From Candidatus Avelusimicrobium intestinipullorum (GTDB taxonomy: Bacteria; Elusimicrobiota; Elusimicrobia; Elusimicrobiales; Elusimicrobiaceae), in assembly GCA_944324635.1 (NCBI GenBank), contig CALUXC010000005.1:4691-68690 (forward strand): a DNA stretch of 64,000 nucleotides, given 5' to 3'. This document shows, piece after piece, positions 26,245 through 35,480 of this stretch (the first letter of the stretch is position 1; every line of letters starts with the position of its first letter). The translations under genes were made by a program, and so were the position numbers. Below the pieces are notes generated by a model. It did not search any database and was not told the DNA's origin. It saw only the letters and a program-made list of their open reading frames with translations.

Positions 26245-28176
26245 TTAACGCAAGTTTTCGGCTTCCGTCAGCCAAATCTGGGCGCTGGCGTCGCTGGGCA
26301 TGCGCCAATCGCCCCGGGGAGAAAGGCCCACGGAACCCACTTTCGGCCCGTCCGGCAGGCAGGAGCGTTTGAATTGCTGGGCAAAGAAGCGTCTAAAAAA
26401 TACTTGCAGCCATTTTTTGATAACGGCCGAGGTAAATTTTTTATCAAACGCATGCTTGGCCAAGAAATAAATTTTGGCCGGGCCAAACCCGTAACGCAGG
26501 AAATAAAACAAAAAGAAGTCATGCAATTCGTACGGGCCCACCAAATCTTCCGTCTTTTGGGCAATATGCCCTTGGGCGGTGGCGGGGAGGAGTTCGGGGC
26601 TGATGGGCGTGTCCACAATATCAGCCAGCACGGCTTGCGTCTTTTTGCCGGTTTCATGCTGGGCCGCCCAGGCCACCAGCGAACGGACCAACGTTTTGGG
26701 AATACCCGCATTTACCCCGTACATGGACATATGGTCCCCATTATAAGTGGCCCAGCCCAAGGCCAGTTCGGACAAATCCCCCGTCCCAATCACTAATCCG
26801 TCCGTTTGGTTGGCAATATCCATCAAAATTTGAGTGCGCTCGCGGGCTTGGGTGTTTTCGTACGTAACGTCTTTTTTCTTTTCGTCGTGTCCGATATCGC
26901 TAAAATGTTGCAGGCAGGCTTTTTTGATATCCACTTCCCGCATGGTTACGCCCAAGTTTTTCATCAGCGTTAAAGCATTTTGATAGGTGCGGTCCGTCGT
27001 GCCGAAGCCGGGCATGGTAACGCCCACAATGTTCTTGCGGGAAAGGCCCAGCTTATCAAATGTTTTGGCACATACCAACAGGGCCAAGGTGGAGTCCAGC
27101 CCGCCGGAAATGCCCAAAACGGCCGTTTTGGCATGGGCCGCCGTCAGGCGCGTGGCTAACCCCATCACTTGAATGTTGAAAATTTCCTGGCAGTTTTCGT
27201 TTAAGATGCTCCCTTTCGGCACAAACGGAAGCGGCGAAACAAAACGGGAAAGGCTCATCACCGCCGCAGGCTGCATGCCGCTTTCTATCAGCTCATACGG
27301 TTCGCCCGCTTCGTAGGCAGCGTCCGAACGGAACGTACTGTTAACCATGCGTTCCGCCCGCAGGCGTTCCACGTCAATTTCCGCACACACCAGCTGTTCT
27401 TCCAACGAGAAACGTTCCGAAAAAGCCAGCGGGGTGCCGTTTTCGTAAATAAGCGCATTTCCGCCAAAAACTACGTCCGTAGTAGATTCCCCAAACCCGC
27501 ACGAGGCATACACATAGCCGCACAAACAACGGGCCGATTGCTGGCCCACCAATTCGCGCACGTAGGCGTGTTTGCCGGCAAGGGCATTACTGGCAGAAAG
27601 GTTGAAAACAACGTCCGCCCCCTGCAAAGCAAGACGCGAAGAAGGCGGCACAACCGACCACAAATCTTCGCAAATTTCTACGCCAAACTTCATGCCGCCC
27701 GCTTCAAACAGCAAGTCCGTTCCGGCCGGCACGTTTTGGCCGCACAGCTCCACTTCGCCGCCGCCCCATTCCAAGGCGGACGTGAACCAGCGCTGTTCAT
27801 AAAATTCCTTATAATTGGGCAAATGCGTTTTGGGCACCACACCCAAAATTTCACCCCGGTAGCAAACGGCCGCCGCATTTAACAGCACATTTCCCGCCGC
27901 CACCGGCAGCCCTACCATAAAAACGATATCCGTATGTTCCGTCCGGCGAAGCAACGCCCCCAACACCCGTTGGGCGCCCTCAATCAGCAAAGGTTTTGAA
28001 AACAAATCCCCGCACGTGTACCCGGTGAGGCTAAGCTCCGGGAACACCACCGCGCGCACGCCTTCCTGTGCGGCACGCAAAATACATTCTTCCAATTTGG
28101 CGGCATTATATGCGGGATCCGCCACTTTTACGGACGGCACACACGCCGCCACTTTTACAAAACCAAAATGATTCAT
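26245..28176 (-). CDS. nadE: Glutamine-dependent NAD+ synthetase
   Basis: Nitrilase domain (FPELSLTGY, EICEDLW) plus synthetase (GISGGLDST, ENTQARER, GTGDLSE); start set at MNHFGF (28176). Confidence 0.95.
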   Translation of the reverse strand: MNHFGFVKVAACVPSVKVADPAYNAAKLEECILRAAQEGVRAVVFPELSLTGYTCGDLFSKPLLIEGAQRVLGALLRRTEHTDIVFMVGLPVAAGNVLLNAAAVCYRGEILGVVPKTHLPNYKEFYEQRWFTSALEWGGGEVELCGQNVPAGTDLLFEAGGMKFGVEICEDLWSVVPPSSRLALQGADVVFNLSASNALAGKHAYVRELVGQQSARCLCGYVYASCGFGESTTDVVFGGNALIYENGTPLAFSERFSLEEQLVCAEIDVERLRAERMVNSTFRSDAAYEAGEPYELIESGMQPAAVMSLSRFVSPLPFVPKGSILNENCQEIFNIQVMGLATRLTAAHAKTAVLGISGGLDSTLALLVCAKTFDKLGLSRKNIVGVTMPGFGTTDRTYQNALTLMKNLGVTMREVDIKKACLQHFSDIGHDEKKKDVTYENTQARERTQILMDIANQTDGLVIGTGDLSELALGWATYNGDHMSMYGVNAGIPKTLVRSLVAWAAQHETGKKTQAVLADIVDTPISPELLPATAQGHIAQKTEDLVGPYELHDFFLFYFLRYGFGPAKIYFLAKHAFDKKFTSAVIKKWLQVFFRRFFAQQFKRSCLPDGPKVGSVGLSPRGDWRMPSDASAQIWLTEAENLR

Positions 28177-28226
28177 ATTTGCTCCTTGCCGATACGGACT
28201 ACTTTTTATTGTATCAATTATGCCGC

Positions 28227-28264
28227 AAAAAGGGCCGAATGCGCGAGCGGCATTCGGCCCTTTT
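28227..28264 (-). terminator. Strong hairpin between copA and nadE
   Basis: AAAAGGGCCGAATGC / GCATTCGGCCCTTTT. Confidence 0.75.
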
Positions 28265-28279
28265 CGGCAAATCAAACGG

Positions 28280-30772
28280 TCAGTTTATCGCCACCACTTC
28301 ATAACCGGCTTTTTGGACGGCTTGTCTTAACGTTTCGTCGTCTATGTCCGAAGCGGATTGCACGACGGCACATTTTTGCGCCAAGTCCACCTTGGCGTGC
28401 ACCCCCGGCAACGCGTTAAGCGCGCGTTCCACGCGCCCCGCGCAGTGGGAGCAAACCATTCCTTCTATAATAACCGTTTTTCTCATAATTTTCTCCCCGT
28501 GTTTCGTTTTCTGGGACGTTTTAGCCGGCGTAAAAAAACGCAGGCGCAGGGCATTGGTCACCACACAAACGGAGCTTAAGCTCATCGCCGCGGCCGCCAC
28601 CATGGGGCTCAGCTTCCACCCCAAGGACAAATACAGCGCCCCAGCCGCCAACGGAATGCCCAGCACGTTATAGAAAAACGCCCAAAACAGATTTTGCTTG
28701 ATGTTGCGCAGCACCGCACGCCCCAACTGCAAGGCGGTGGCTACGCCCGTCAAATCGTCCTGCATCAGCACAATATCGGCCGATTCCACGGCTACGTCCG
28801 TTCCCGCGCCCAAGGCGAGGCCCACGTCCGCACGCACCAGCGCCGGTGCATCATTCACGCCGTCACCCGCCATGGCCACCACTTCGCCTTCGTTTTGCAG
28901 GCGGCGCACCACGGCTTCTTTTTCCTGAGGCAACACCCCGGCTATCACGCGATCTATCCCCACCGCGTCCGCCACACGGCGGGCCGTTTGTTCATTGTCA
29001 CCCGTTAAAAGCACCACTTTTAAGCGCATTTTTTTCAGCATGCCTACTGCCAAAGCGGCAGAGGGTTTTACCGTATCGGCAAAAGAGACGACGCCCAAAA
29101 AGCGTTGGCCGCGCGCAAAAAACAGCGGGGTCCGCCCGGCGGCCGCTTCCTCTTTTAGCAGATCTTCGCCCTGTTCCACCGGGATATGGAGTTCTTGCAT
29201 CCAGGTCAAATTCCCGCCGAATAAACCCTCGCCCCCTTCTTCGGCGCGCACACCGCGGCCGGGCACCAGCTCAAAATTAGACGCTTGGAAAAGAGGCGTG
29301 TTCTTCTCGTCTGCATACGCCAGTAGCGCCTTGGCAAACGGATGTTGGGAAAAATGTTCCAGCGAGGCGGCCTGCGTCAGCAGTTCTTGCTCGTCAGTAC
29401 CACTGGCAGGCACTACCCGCGCCACACGCATTTGACCGGTGGTAACGGTGCCCGTTTTATCCAAAATAACGGTTGTTACTTTATGGGAGCGTTCCAACGC
29501 CGCGGCCGATTTCACCAAAATGCCATGCCGCGCCGCACTGCCGGTGCCCACCATAATGGCCGTGGGCGTAGCTAAACCCAACGCACACGGGCAGGAAATC
29601 ACCAACACCGCAATAGCCGAAGAAAGCGCAAAGCCAAACCCGGCCCCTTGCGCCAACCACAGCACAAACGTCAACAAAGCCACCGAAATAACCGCCGGCA
29701 CAAACACCGCACTCACGCGGTCGGCCAAGCGGGCTATCGGCGCTTTACTGCCGGCCGCTTCCTCTACCAAAGTCACAATTTGTGCCAGTACCGTGTCTTT
29801 CCCGGTGCGTTCTACGCGCATTTCCACATAGCCGCTGGCCAGCAAAGTGCCCGCGGCCAACTCGGCCCCGATAGGCTTTTCCTGCGGGACGCTTTCCCCC
29901 GTCAGGGCAGACTCATCCGCCGCGCCGCCGCCGTCTATAATCACGCCGTCGGCCGCAATCCGTTCCCCTGCGCGAACGACCACTACATCGCCCGCCACCA
30001 ACCCCTGCACGGGAACCACCACTTCTTTCCCGCCGCGAAGAACCGAAGCTTCCTGCGGGATAAGACGCACCAGGGCGGAAATAGCGTCGGACGTTTTTAC
30101 CTTGGCCCGGGCTTCCAGCCATTTGCCCAAAGTAACCAGCGTCAAAATCATAGCGGCCGATTCAAAATAAAGCTCCCGCTGTGCTTCAAACGCGGCCGTC
30201 CAATCCGGCTGTTCCATCAAGAGCAAAATGCGAAACAACGCCCATATGCCGGCCGCTATCGCCGCGCCGGAGCCCAAGGCAATTAAGCTGTCCATATTCG
30301 GGGCGCCATGCACCAAGCGCTTAAACCCGTTAGTAAAGAAACGGCGGTTTACCGATAATACGGGAAGCGCCAGCAAAAACTGCACCAAGGCAAAAAGCCC
30401 CGGGTTTTTCCCTAAACAAGCAGGCAACGGGAAAGAAAACATCGTTCCCATAGCTACATATAAAAGCGGAATCAAAAACACCACGGACGCCACAAAGCGG
30501 CGTTTAAGGCGCAGGGCCTCTTCCTTGGCGGCGCGCTGAGGCGACAAAAGGCCGGCCTCTTCGCCGGGGGCAAACGCGTCGTACCCCGCGGCGCGTACGG
30601 CGGCGATAATATCCCGCGCGTCTAACCGTTCTTCGTCATATTCGGCCGTCAACGTATTTTGCAGCAAATTTACGGCGGCACAGCGCACGCCGGGCAACTG
30701 GGCAACGGCCTTTTCCACATGCGCCTGGCAGGCGGAGCAGGTCATGCCGGTAACATTAAATTTTTTCTTCAT
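28280..30772 (-). CDS. copA: Copper-translocating P1B-type ATPase with N- and C-terminal HMA domains
   Basis: GMTCSAC, TGES, CPC, DKTGT, GDGVNDAPAL, YN..GIP, C-terminal GMVCSHC. Confidence 0.95.
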   Translation of the reverse strand: MKKKFNVTGMTCSACQAHVEKAVAQLPGVRCAAVNLLQNTLTAEYDEERLDARDIIAAVRAAGYDAFAPGEEAGLLSPQRAAKEEALRLKRRFVASVVFLIPLLYVAMGTMFSFPLPACLGKNPGLFALVQFLLALPVLSVNRRFFTNGFKRLVHGAPNMDSLIALGSGAAIAAGIWALFRILLLMEQPDWTAAFEAQRELYFESAAMILTLVTLGKWLEARAKVKTSDAISALVRLIPQEASVLRGGKEVVVPVQGLVAGDVVVVRAGERIAADGVIIDGGGAADESALTGESVPQEKPIGAELAAGTLLASGYVEMRVERTGKDTVLAQIVTLVEEAAGSKAPIARLADRVSAVFVPAVISVALLTFVLWLAQGAGFGFALSSAIAVLVISCPCALGLATPTAIMVGTGSAARHGILVKSAAALERSHKVTTVILDKTGTVTTGQMRVARVVPASGTDEQELLTQAASLEHFSQHPFAKALLAYADEKNTPLFQASNFELVPGRGVRAEEGGEGLFGGNLTWMQELHIPVEQGEDLLKEEAAAGRTPLFFARGQRFLGVVSFADTVKPSAALAVGMLKKMRLKVVLLTGDNEQTARRVADAVGIDRVIAGVLPQEKEAVVRRLQNEGEVVAMAGDGVNDAPALVRADVGLALGAGTDVAVESADIVLMQDDLTGVATALQLGRAVLRNIKQNLFWAFFYNVLGIPLAAGALYLSLGWKLSPMVAAAAMSLSSVCVVTNALRLRFFTPAKTSQKTKHGEKIMRKTVIIEGMVCSHCAGRVERALNALPGVHAKVDLAQKCAVVQSASDIDDETLRQAVQKAGYEVVAIN

Positions 30773-30949
30773 AAGCTAAAAATCCCCTTCTAATAAAGAA
30801 TAAGCTTATCGACGGGCATTGTCAAGCAAAGCCTTGTGCGGGAACATATAAAACACGCCCCCAAAAGAGGAATTTTGCTAAAAGAAAAAGCGGGCTCTTC
30901 GTCGGGGCGTCCCTTTTGTTTTACGTGGTTTTTTGCTACACTATATCCC

Positions 30950-32245
30950 ATGACGATACTTATCATCATACTCATGTTAGCCTTAAACGCGTTGCTGGCG
31001 GCCTATGAAATGGCCCTGGCATCCGTTTCCCGCACCAAACTCTCCATTCTGGCTCAGGAAAAACGCATGGGCGCCGAGCAGGCCCTTTTTATGAAAGACC
31101 ATATGGAAGGCAGCTTGGCTGTGGTGCAAATTGGTATTACCTTGGTGGGAGCCATTGCCGCGGCCGCAGGGGGTGCGGGCGCAGATGAAATGTTTTCGCC
31201 TATCTTGCAGGAATGGCTTTCTATCCCCAAGCGGCTGGCGGACGCGCTGTCCGTAGCCGTGGTGGTGTTGCCTTTAAGCTTTATTACCATTGTGTTTGCC
31301 GAACTCACGCCCAAAACGTTTGCCATTAAAAACAAAGAATTTGTGGTGCTCAAGTTCTCCCCCGTGATGAGAGTGCTCTACACCATTCTCTCCCCCATTG
31401 TGCATATTATGGAGAACCTGGTTCGCTTCTGCACGAAAAAGACCTTCACCAAAACGCCCGACCCGAAAGAAGCCCAAAAAGCGGCCATGGCCGATTTGCG
31501 CACTGCCGCGGCCATCGCGTCTTCTTCTCGTCTGTTTGGGAAAACCGAAGAAAAAATTGTGCTTTCCAGCGCCATGTTCTGCATTCGAAAAATACGCGAA
31601 ATACAAGTACCTCTGGACCAGGTGTACATGCTGGACGCGGGTGACTCTATCGCCGATACATTTGTAAAAGCGCACCTGGACATGCACACCCGCTTCCCCG
31701 TGCGGGAAAATCCGTCCGACCCGCAAAGCATTATCGGGTACCTTAACTTTAAGGATATTTTCCTGTCCACCAAAATGGCGGCCGGTTCCCCCACCTCGGC
31801 GCGCACCATTGTGCGCCCGATGCTTCGCCTGGAAGCCGATACGCTGATTTCCGCTGCACTAGAAAAACTGATGAAAGACAAACAGCACATCTGCCTGGTA
31901 ACCGAAGGGGGCAAAATTACCGGTATCCTGACGCTGGAAGACATCTTTGAAGAAATGGTGGGCGAAATTGAAGACGAGTACGACTTTTTCCCCGCCTATA
32001 TCCGCCCGTTTGGCACCTCGCTGATAGCCAGCGCCACGGCCAAAATGACCGACGTATTTGAACGCTTGGGCGTGCCCGCACCCCAAGACCTGGCCCCCAC
32101 CGCCACCGTACTGCAGTGGACCACTCAAAAACTGGGCCGCGCCTTGGATAAAAACGACAAGCTAAAAGCCGACGGTCTGCTGGTGGACCCGCGCAAGTTC
32201 CGCCGACATAAATTAATGGAAGTTTTAATCACAAAAGCCGAATAA
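30950..32245 (+). CDS. HlyC/CorC-family CNNM (DUF21)-CBS transporter
   Basis: N-terminal TMs with VQIGITL, FAELTPK; CBS pair (HTRFPV, GILTLEDIFEEMVGEIEDE); start taken as ATG 30950. Confidence 0.85.
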   Translation: MTILIIILMLALNALLAAYEMALASVSRTKLSILAQEKRMGAEQALFMKDHMEGSLAVVQIGITLVGAIAAAAGGAGADEMFSPILQEWLSIPKRLADALSVAVVVLPLSFITIVFAELTPKTFAIKNKEFVVLKFSPVMRVLYTILSPIVHIMENLVRFCTKKTFTKTPDPKEAQKAAMADLRTAAAIASSSRLFGKTEEKIVLSSAMFCIRKIREIQVPLDQVYMLDAGDSIADTFVKAHLDMHTRFPVRENPSDPQSIIGYLNFKDIFLSTKMAAGSPTSARTIVRPMLRLEADTLISAALEKLMKDKQHICLVTEGGKITGILTLEDIFEEMVGEIEDEYDFFPAYIRPFGTSLIASATAKMTDVFERLGVPAPQDLAPTATVLQWTTQKLGRALDKNDKLKADGLLVDPRKFRRHKLMEVLITKAE

Positions 32246-32247
32246 AC

Positions 32248-32276
32248 AAAAACCCCGGGTTTCCCCGGGGTTTTTT
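32248..32276. terminator. Bidirectional terminator
   Basis: AAAAACCCCGGG / CCCGGGGTTTTT. Confidence 0.85.
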
Positions 32277-32292
32277 ATGATATGAATTCGCT

Positions 32293-32892
32293 TTATAACA
32301 GCCCGCGGCGTAGCAGTTCCGCGCGAAGTGCGTCCGGACTTTGAAATAAAATAGCGTCAAAGCCCAGGTTTTCCGCTACGGAAACGTTGGCGGCGTTGTC
32401 GTCTATAAACACACAATTGGTGGATTTAAGGTCAAAGCGTTTTAACAGGCGGGCATAAATGGCGGGGTCGGGCTTTACCAAGCGTTCCTCACCGGATACC
32501 ACAATCCCGTTCATCTGCTGCAGGAAATCGTATTTTTCACGCGCAATGGGAAACGTTTCGGCCGACCAGTTGGTCAGCGCAAAAAGGCGGTACCCTTTTT
32601 CTTTAAGTTCCCGCCAGATGGCCACCGTGCCTTTAATGGGGCCGCCCAACATTTCGTCCCAGCGGTTAAAATAATCATCTATCTGGGCCGAGTATTTAGG
32701 ATATTTTTCCTTTACCAAAGCCAACCCTTTTTCAAACGGGCGACCCGCATCTTGCTGGGTGTTCCACTGCGGGGTGCAGACATTGGAAAGGAACCATTCC
32801 ATTTCTTCTTCCGAAGCAAAAATTTTTTTATATAAGTGGCGCGGGTTCCAATCAATCATCACCCCGCCCAAATCAAACACGATGTCTTTCAT
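32293..32892 (-). CDS. HAD-family phosphatase
   Basis: FDLGGV, ALTNW, KPDPAIY, FIDD. Confidence 0.9.
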   Translation of the reverse strand: MKDIVFDLGGVMIDWNPRHLYKKIFASEEEMEWFLSNVCTPQWNTQQDAGRPFEKGLALVKEKYPKYSAQIDDYFNRWDEMLGGPIKGTVAIWRELKEKGYRLFALTNWSAETFPIAREKYDFLQQMNGIVVSGEERLVKPDPAIYARLLKRFDLKSTNCVFIDDNAANVSVAENLGFDAILFQSPDALRAELLRRGLL

Positions 32893-32950
32893 ACAAAAAT
32901 CCCCCTGTTGTTATTATATCTTCTAGACGGTAAAAAACGCAACACGCACA

Positions 32951-32977
32951 AAAAAACCGCACCCAAAGGTGCGGTTT
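32951..32977 (-). terminator. Terminator after purA
   Basis: AAACCGCACC / GGTGCGGTTT with U-tract on the minus strand. Confidence 0.75.
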
Positions 32978-32982
32978 GAAAC

Positions 32983-33999
32983 TTATAAGACCAAGGTATC
33001 TTCCATATCCGGGCCGGTGGAAATGAGTGAAATTTCCGGGTGCGGATAGGTGCGTGCGCACAAGGCTTTCAGCTGTTCCAAAAAGGCTTTGGCTTCGGGC
33101 GTGAAGTCTTCGTATTTTTTCACGCGGTCGTTGCCGGGGAACATGTCTATGTGCGTAATGGCAATTTTGGTGCAGTTGTTAATCATAATGGCACGCGAGG
33201 CAGAACGCGTTTCAAACGCGCCGATGCGGCGCAGCCGTTTGCTGACGCTGCCAATTTCGTGGCCTTTGGTGTGGTACACTTCCAGCTCTTTTTCGTCCGT
33301 CATTTCCTGCTCCAGCGGGCCGGGGCCTACGCGCGTGATGTAGGGTTTGAACACCACATACACGTCCCGCACGGACTTGGGTCCCAAACCGGCTTCGCCC
33401 AAAAAGGTGCTGGCCGTAGTGTCGCGCGAGGTAACAAACGGATATTCCCCGTGCAGCAAAGAGAGTTTAATCCCCTGCGTACCTTCCAGCAGGACTTGGC
33501 CGCCCTTATCCAAGCAATCGTTTAAGAGTTCGGGCACGTCCTGGATAAATTCTTTCAAGAGAGGCTCGTCTTTGGCAAATTTAATGTCGCGCCGTTCAAT
33601 GCGGTCCCGCACGGCTTGCCCAAGCCCGGTTCCCACGCTGCCAATGTGCTGCATAAAGTGAGAAGCACTTTTCTCCGCGGCAGTCTGCTCGTCGGAAATT
33701 AGCACGGCATACGGGTCAATAATCAGCCGTTCGCGCGTACCGGTAAATTTTACTTCGTCCAACAACCATTCAGTTTTGGTATAAGCGCCCGCACCCAGTA
33801 CCAATTTGGTTTTGGGGTTCAAAAATCCGGACGGGATATTTTTAAGCGTGTAAGATTTGCCGTCTTTCACTACCGTGTGACCGGCGTTCGGGCCGCCCAC
33901 ACGCACACAATAGTCGTAGTTGCCTTTATAAGAAAGATAAGCGGAAATTTTTCCTTTTCCTTCGTCGCCGGCCTGACCGCCGCAGACAATATCAATCAT
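32983..33999 (-). CDS. purA: Adenylosuccinate synthetase, short form
   Basis: GDEGKGK, GGPNAGHT, EGTQG, YPFVTSRD, TRVGPGP; about 338 aa from MIDIV. Confidence 0.9.
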   Translation of the reverse strand: MIDIVCGGQAGDEGKGKISAYLSYKGNYDYCVRVGGPNAGHTVVKDGKSYTLKNIPSGFLNPKTKLVLGAGAYTKTEWLLDEVKFTGTRERLIIDPYAVLISDEQTAAEKSASHFMQHIGSVGTGLGQAVRDRIERRDIKFAKDEPLLKEFIQDVPELLNDCLDKGGQVLLEGTQGIKLSLLHGEYPFVTSRDTTASTFLGEAGLGPKSVRDVYVVFKPYITRVGPGPLEQEMTDEKELEVYHTKGHEIGSVSKRLRRIGAFETRSASRAIMINNCTKIAITHIDMFPGNDRVKKYEDFTPEAKAFLEQLKALCARTYPHPEISLISTGPDMEDTLVL

Positions 34000-35386
34000 A
34001 TTTTTCCTCCGCAAGTTCGCACGCGCGCCCCAGGTATTTTTCCGGCGTCAGCGCACGCAGTTTGGAACGGGTTTGGCCGTCCACGGCCAGCCCTTCCGTA
34101 AATTCGCGCAGCAGTTCGGCCGTCATATGGCGGCCGCGCGTAAAATCGCGCAAGGTTTCGTAGGCGTGCGGATACCCCGCCGCACGCAAAATAGTCTGCA
34201 CCGCTTCGGCCAACACCTCGGGGTGGGCATTTAATTCCTCACGGGCGGCGGCACGGTCAAATGAAATTTTACCCAGCCCTTTTAACACCGAGCCATAAGC
34301 CACCGCCGCATAACCAAACGCTACCGACATGTTGCGCAGTACCGTAGAGTCGGACAAGTCGCGCTGCAAGCGCGACACGGGCAGTTTGCGCGAAAAAAGT
34401 TCAAACAACGCATCGGCCAACTGCAAATTGCCTTCTGCGTTTTCAAAATCTATCGGGTTTACTTTCTGCGGCATGGTGGAAGAACCCACTTCCCCCGCCG
34501 CCGTTTTTTGCCGTACCAAACCGGCCGAAATATATTGCCACATATCGCGGCATAAATCCAACAAAATCACATCGGCACGGCGCAAATTATCAAATAATTC
34601 CGCATACGTATCACGCGGGTCCACCTGGGTGGACACGGGCGACAGGACCAGCTTAATTTTGCGCCCCCGATTAAGAAGTGCGGCCATTTTGTGCACGGCA
34701 CGCGGCCACTTTACTTGCGCAAACGCCGCATAATGCGCATTAAAATTGCCCACCGCACCGCCGAACTTAAAAGACAAATTCCTCGTTTGCAGTTCTTCTA
34801 TTTGCCGTTTAAGCCGCTGTGCATAAACGCGTATTTCTTTCCCAAACGTCGTGGGAACCGCCGGCTGGCCATGCGTGCGGGCCAACAGCACCGAGCGCGC
34901 TTCGCGGCGGGCCAGCTGAGAAAGAGCCCGCTCCAGCTGCTGCAAAGCAGGCAGCAACACTTGTTCCAATCCGTCCGAAAGGAGCATGGCATAAGAAGCG
35001 CTGTTGACGTCTTCGCTAGTCAACGCAAAATGGAACCACTGCAAACGGTCTTTAAGGGAAGTTTTCTTCAGCTTCAGGTGCAGGAAATACTCCACGGCTT
35101 TTACATCGTGCTTGGTGGGCGGCAACCCGTCCACGCCGTCAAATTCCAGCGCGCGGATTGTTTCCAAGTCGGCGTCAGACAAATTTTTTATTTCTTCCAG
35201 CAAGCGGCGTTCCGCCAAAGACAGCGGACTAAAACGAGGCAGTTTTAATTGAGAAAGGATTTCAAACCAGGCACATTCCACGCGTACGCGTGATGCAGTA
35301 AAGGCGGCTTCGCTCATGACACTTCTGAGCGCGCCCAATCTGCCGCTATAACGGCCATCCAGAGGGCACAGCGCCGATATTTTCAT
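33992..35386 (-). CDS. purB: Adenylosuccinate lyase
   Basis: LCPLDGRY, HDVKAVEY, HFALTSED, RTHGQPA, GSSTMPQKVNPIDFENAEGN, SRLQRDLSDST. Confidence 0.95.
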   Translation of the reverse strand: MKISALCPLDGRYSGRLGALRSVMSEAAFTASRVRVECAWFEILSQLKLPRFSPLSLAERRLLEEIKNLSDADLETIRALEFDGVDGLPPTKHDVKAVEYFLHLKLKKTSLKDRLQWFHFALTSEDVNSASYAMLLSDGLEQVLLPALQQLERALSQLARREARSVLLARTHGQPAVPTTFGKEIRVYAQRLKRQIEELQTRNLSFKFGGAVGNFNAHYAAFAQVKWPRAVHKMAALLNRGRKIKLVLSPVSTQVDPRDTYAELFDNLRRADVILLDLCRDMWQYISAGLVRQKTAAGEVGSSTMPQKVNPIDFENAEGNLQLADALFELFSRKLPVSRLQRDLSDSTVLRNMSVAFGYAAVAYGSVLKGLGKISFDRAAAREELNAHPEVLAEAVQTILRAAGYPHAYETLRDFTRGRHMTAELLREFTEGLAVDGQTRSKLRALTPEKYLGRACELAEEKYD

Positions 35387-35433
35387 ATATATATTTTACT
35401 AAATTAGCAGGGGCGCGTCTTGCCCGATTGAAC

Positions 35434-35466
35434 AAAAAAACCCCGTCCGCAAAGGGACGGGGTTTT
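35434..35466 (-). terminator. Terminator after the RND operon
   Basis: AAAACCCCGTCC / GGACGGGGTTTT. Confidence 0.8.
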
Positions 35467-35480
35467 GGTTGAACTAAAAG

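Noticed and set aside
30950-32245. 'Hemolysin' as a virulence factor
   Set aside because: The HlyC/CorC label refers to CNNM-CBS Mg2+/Co2+ transport proteins; no toxin features
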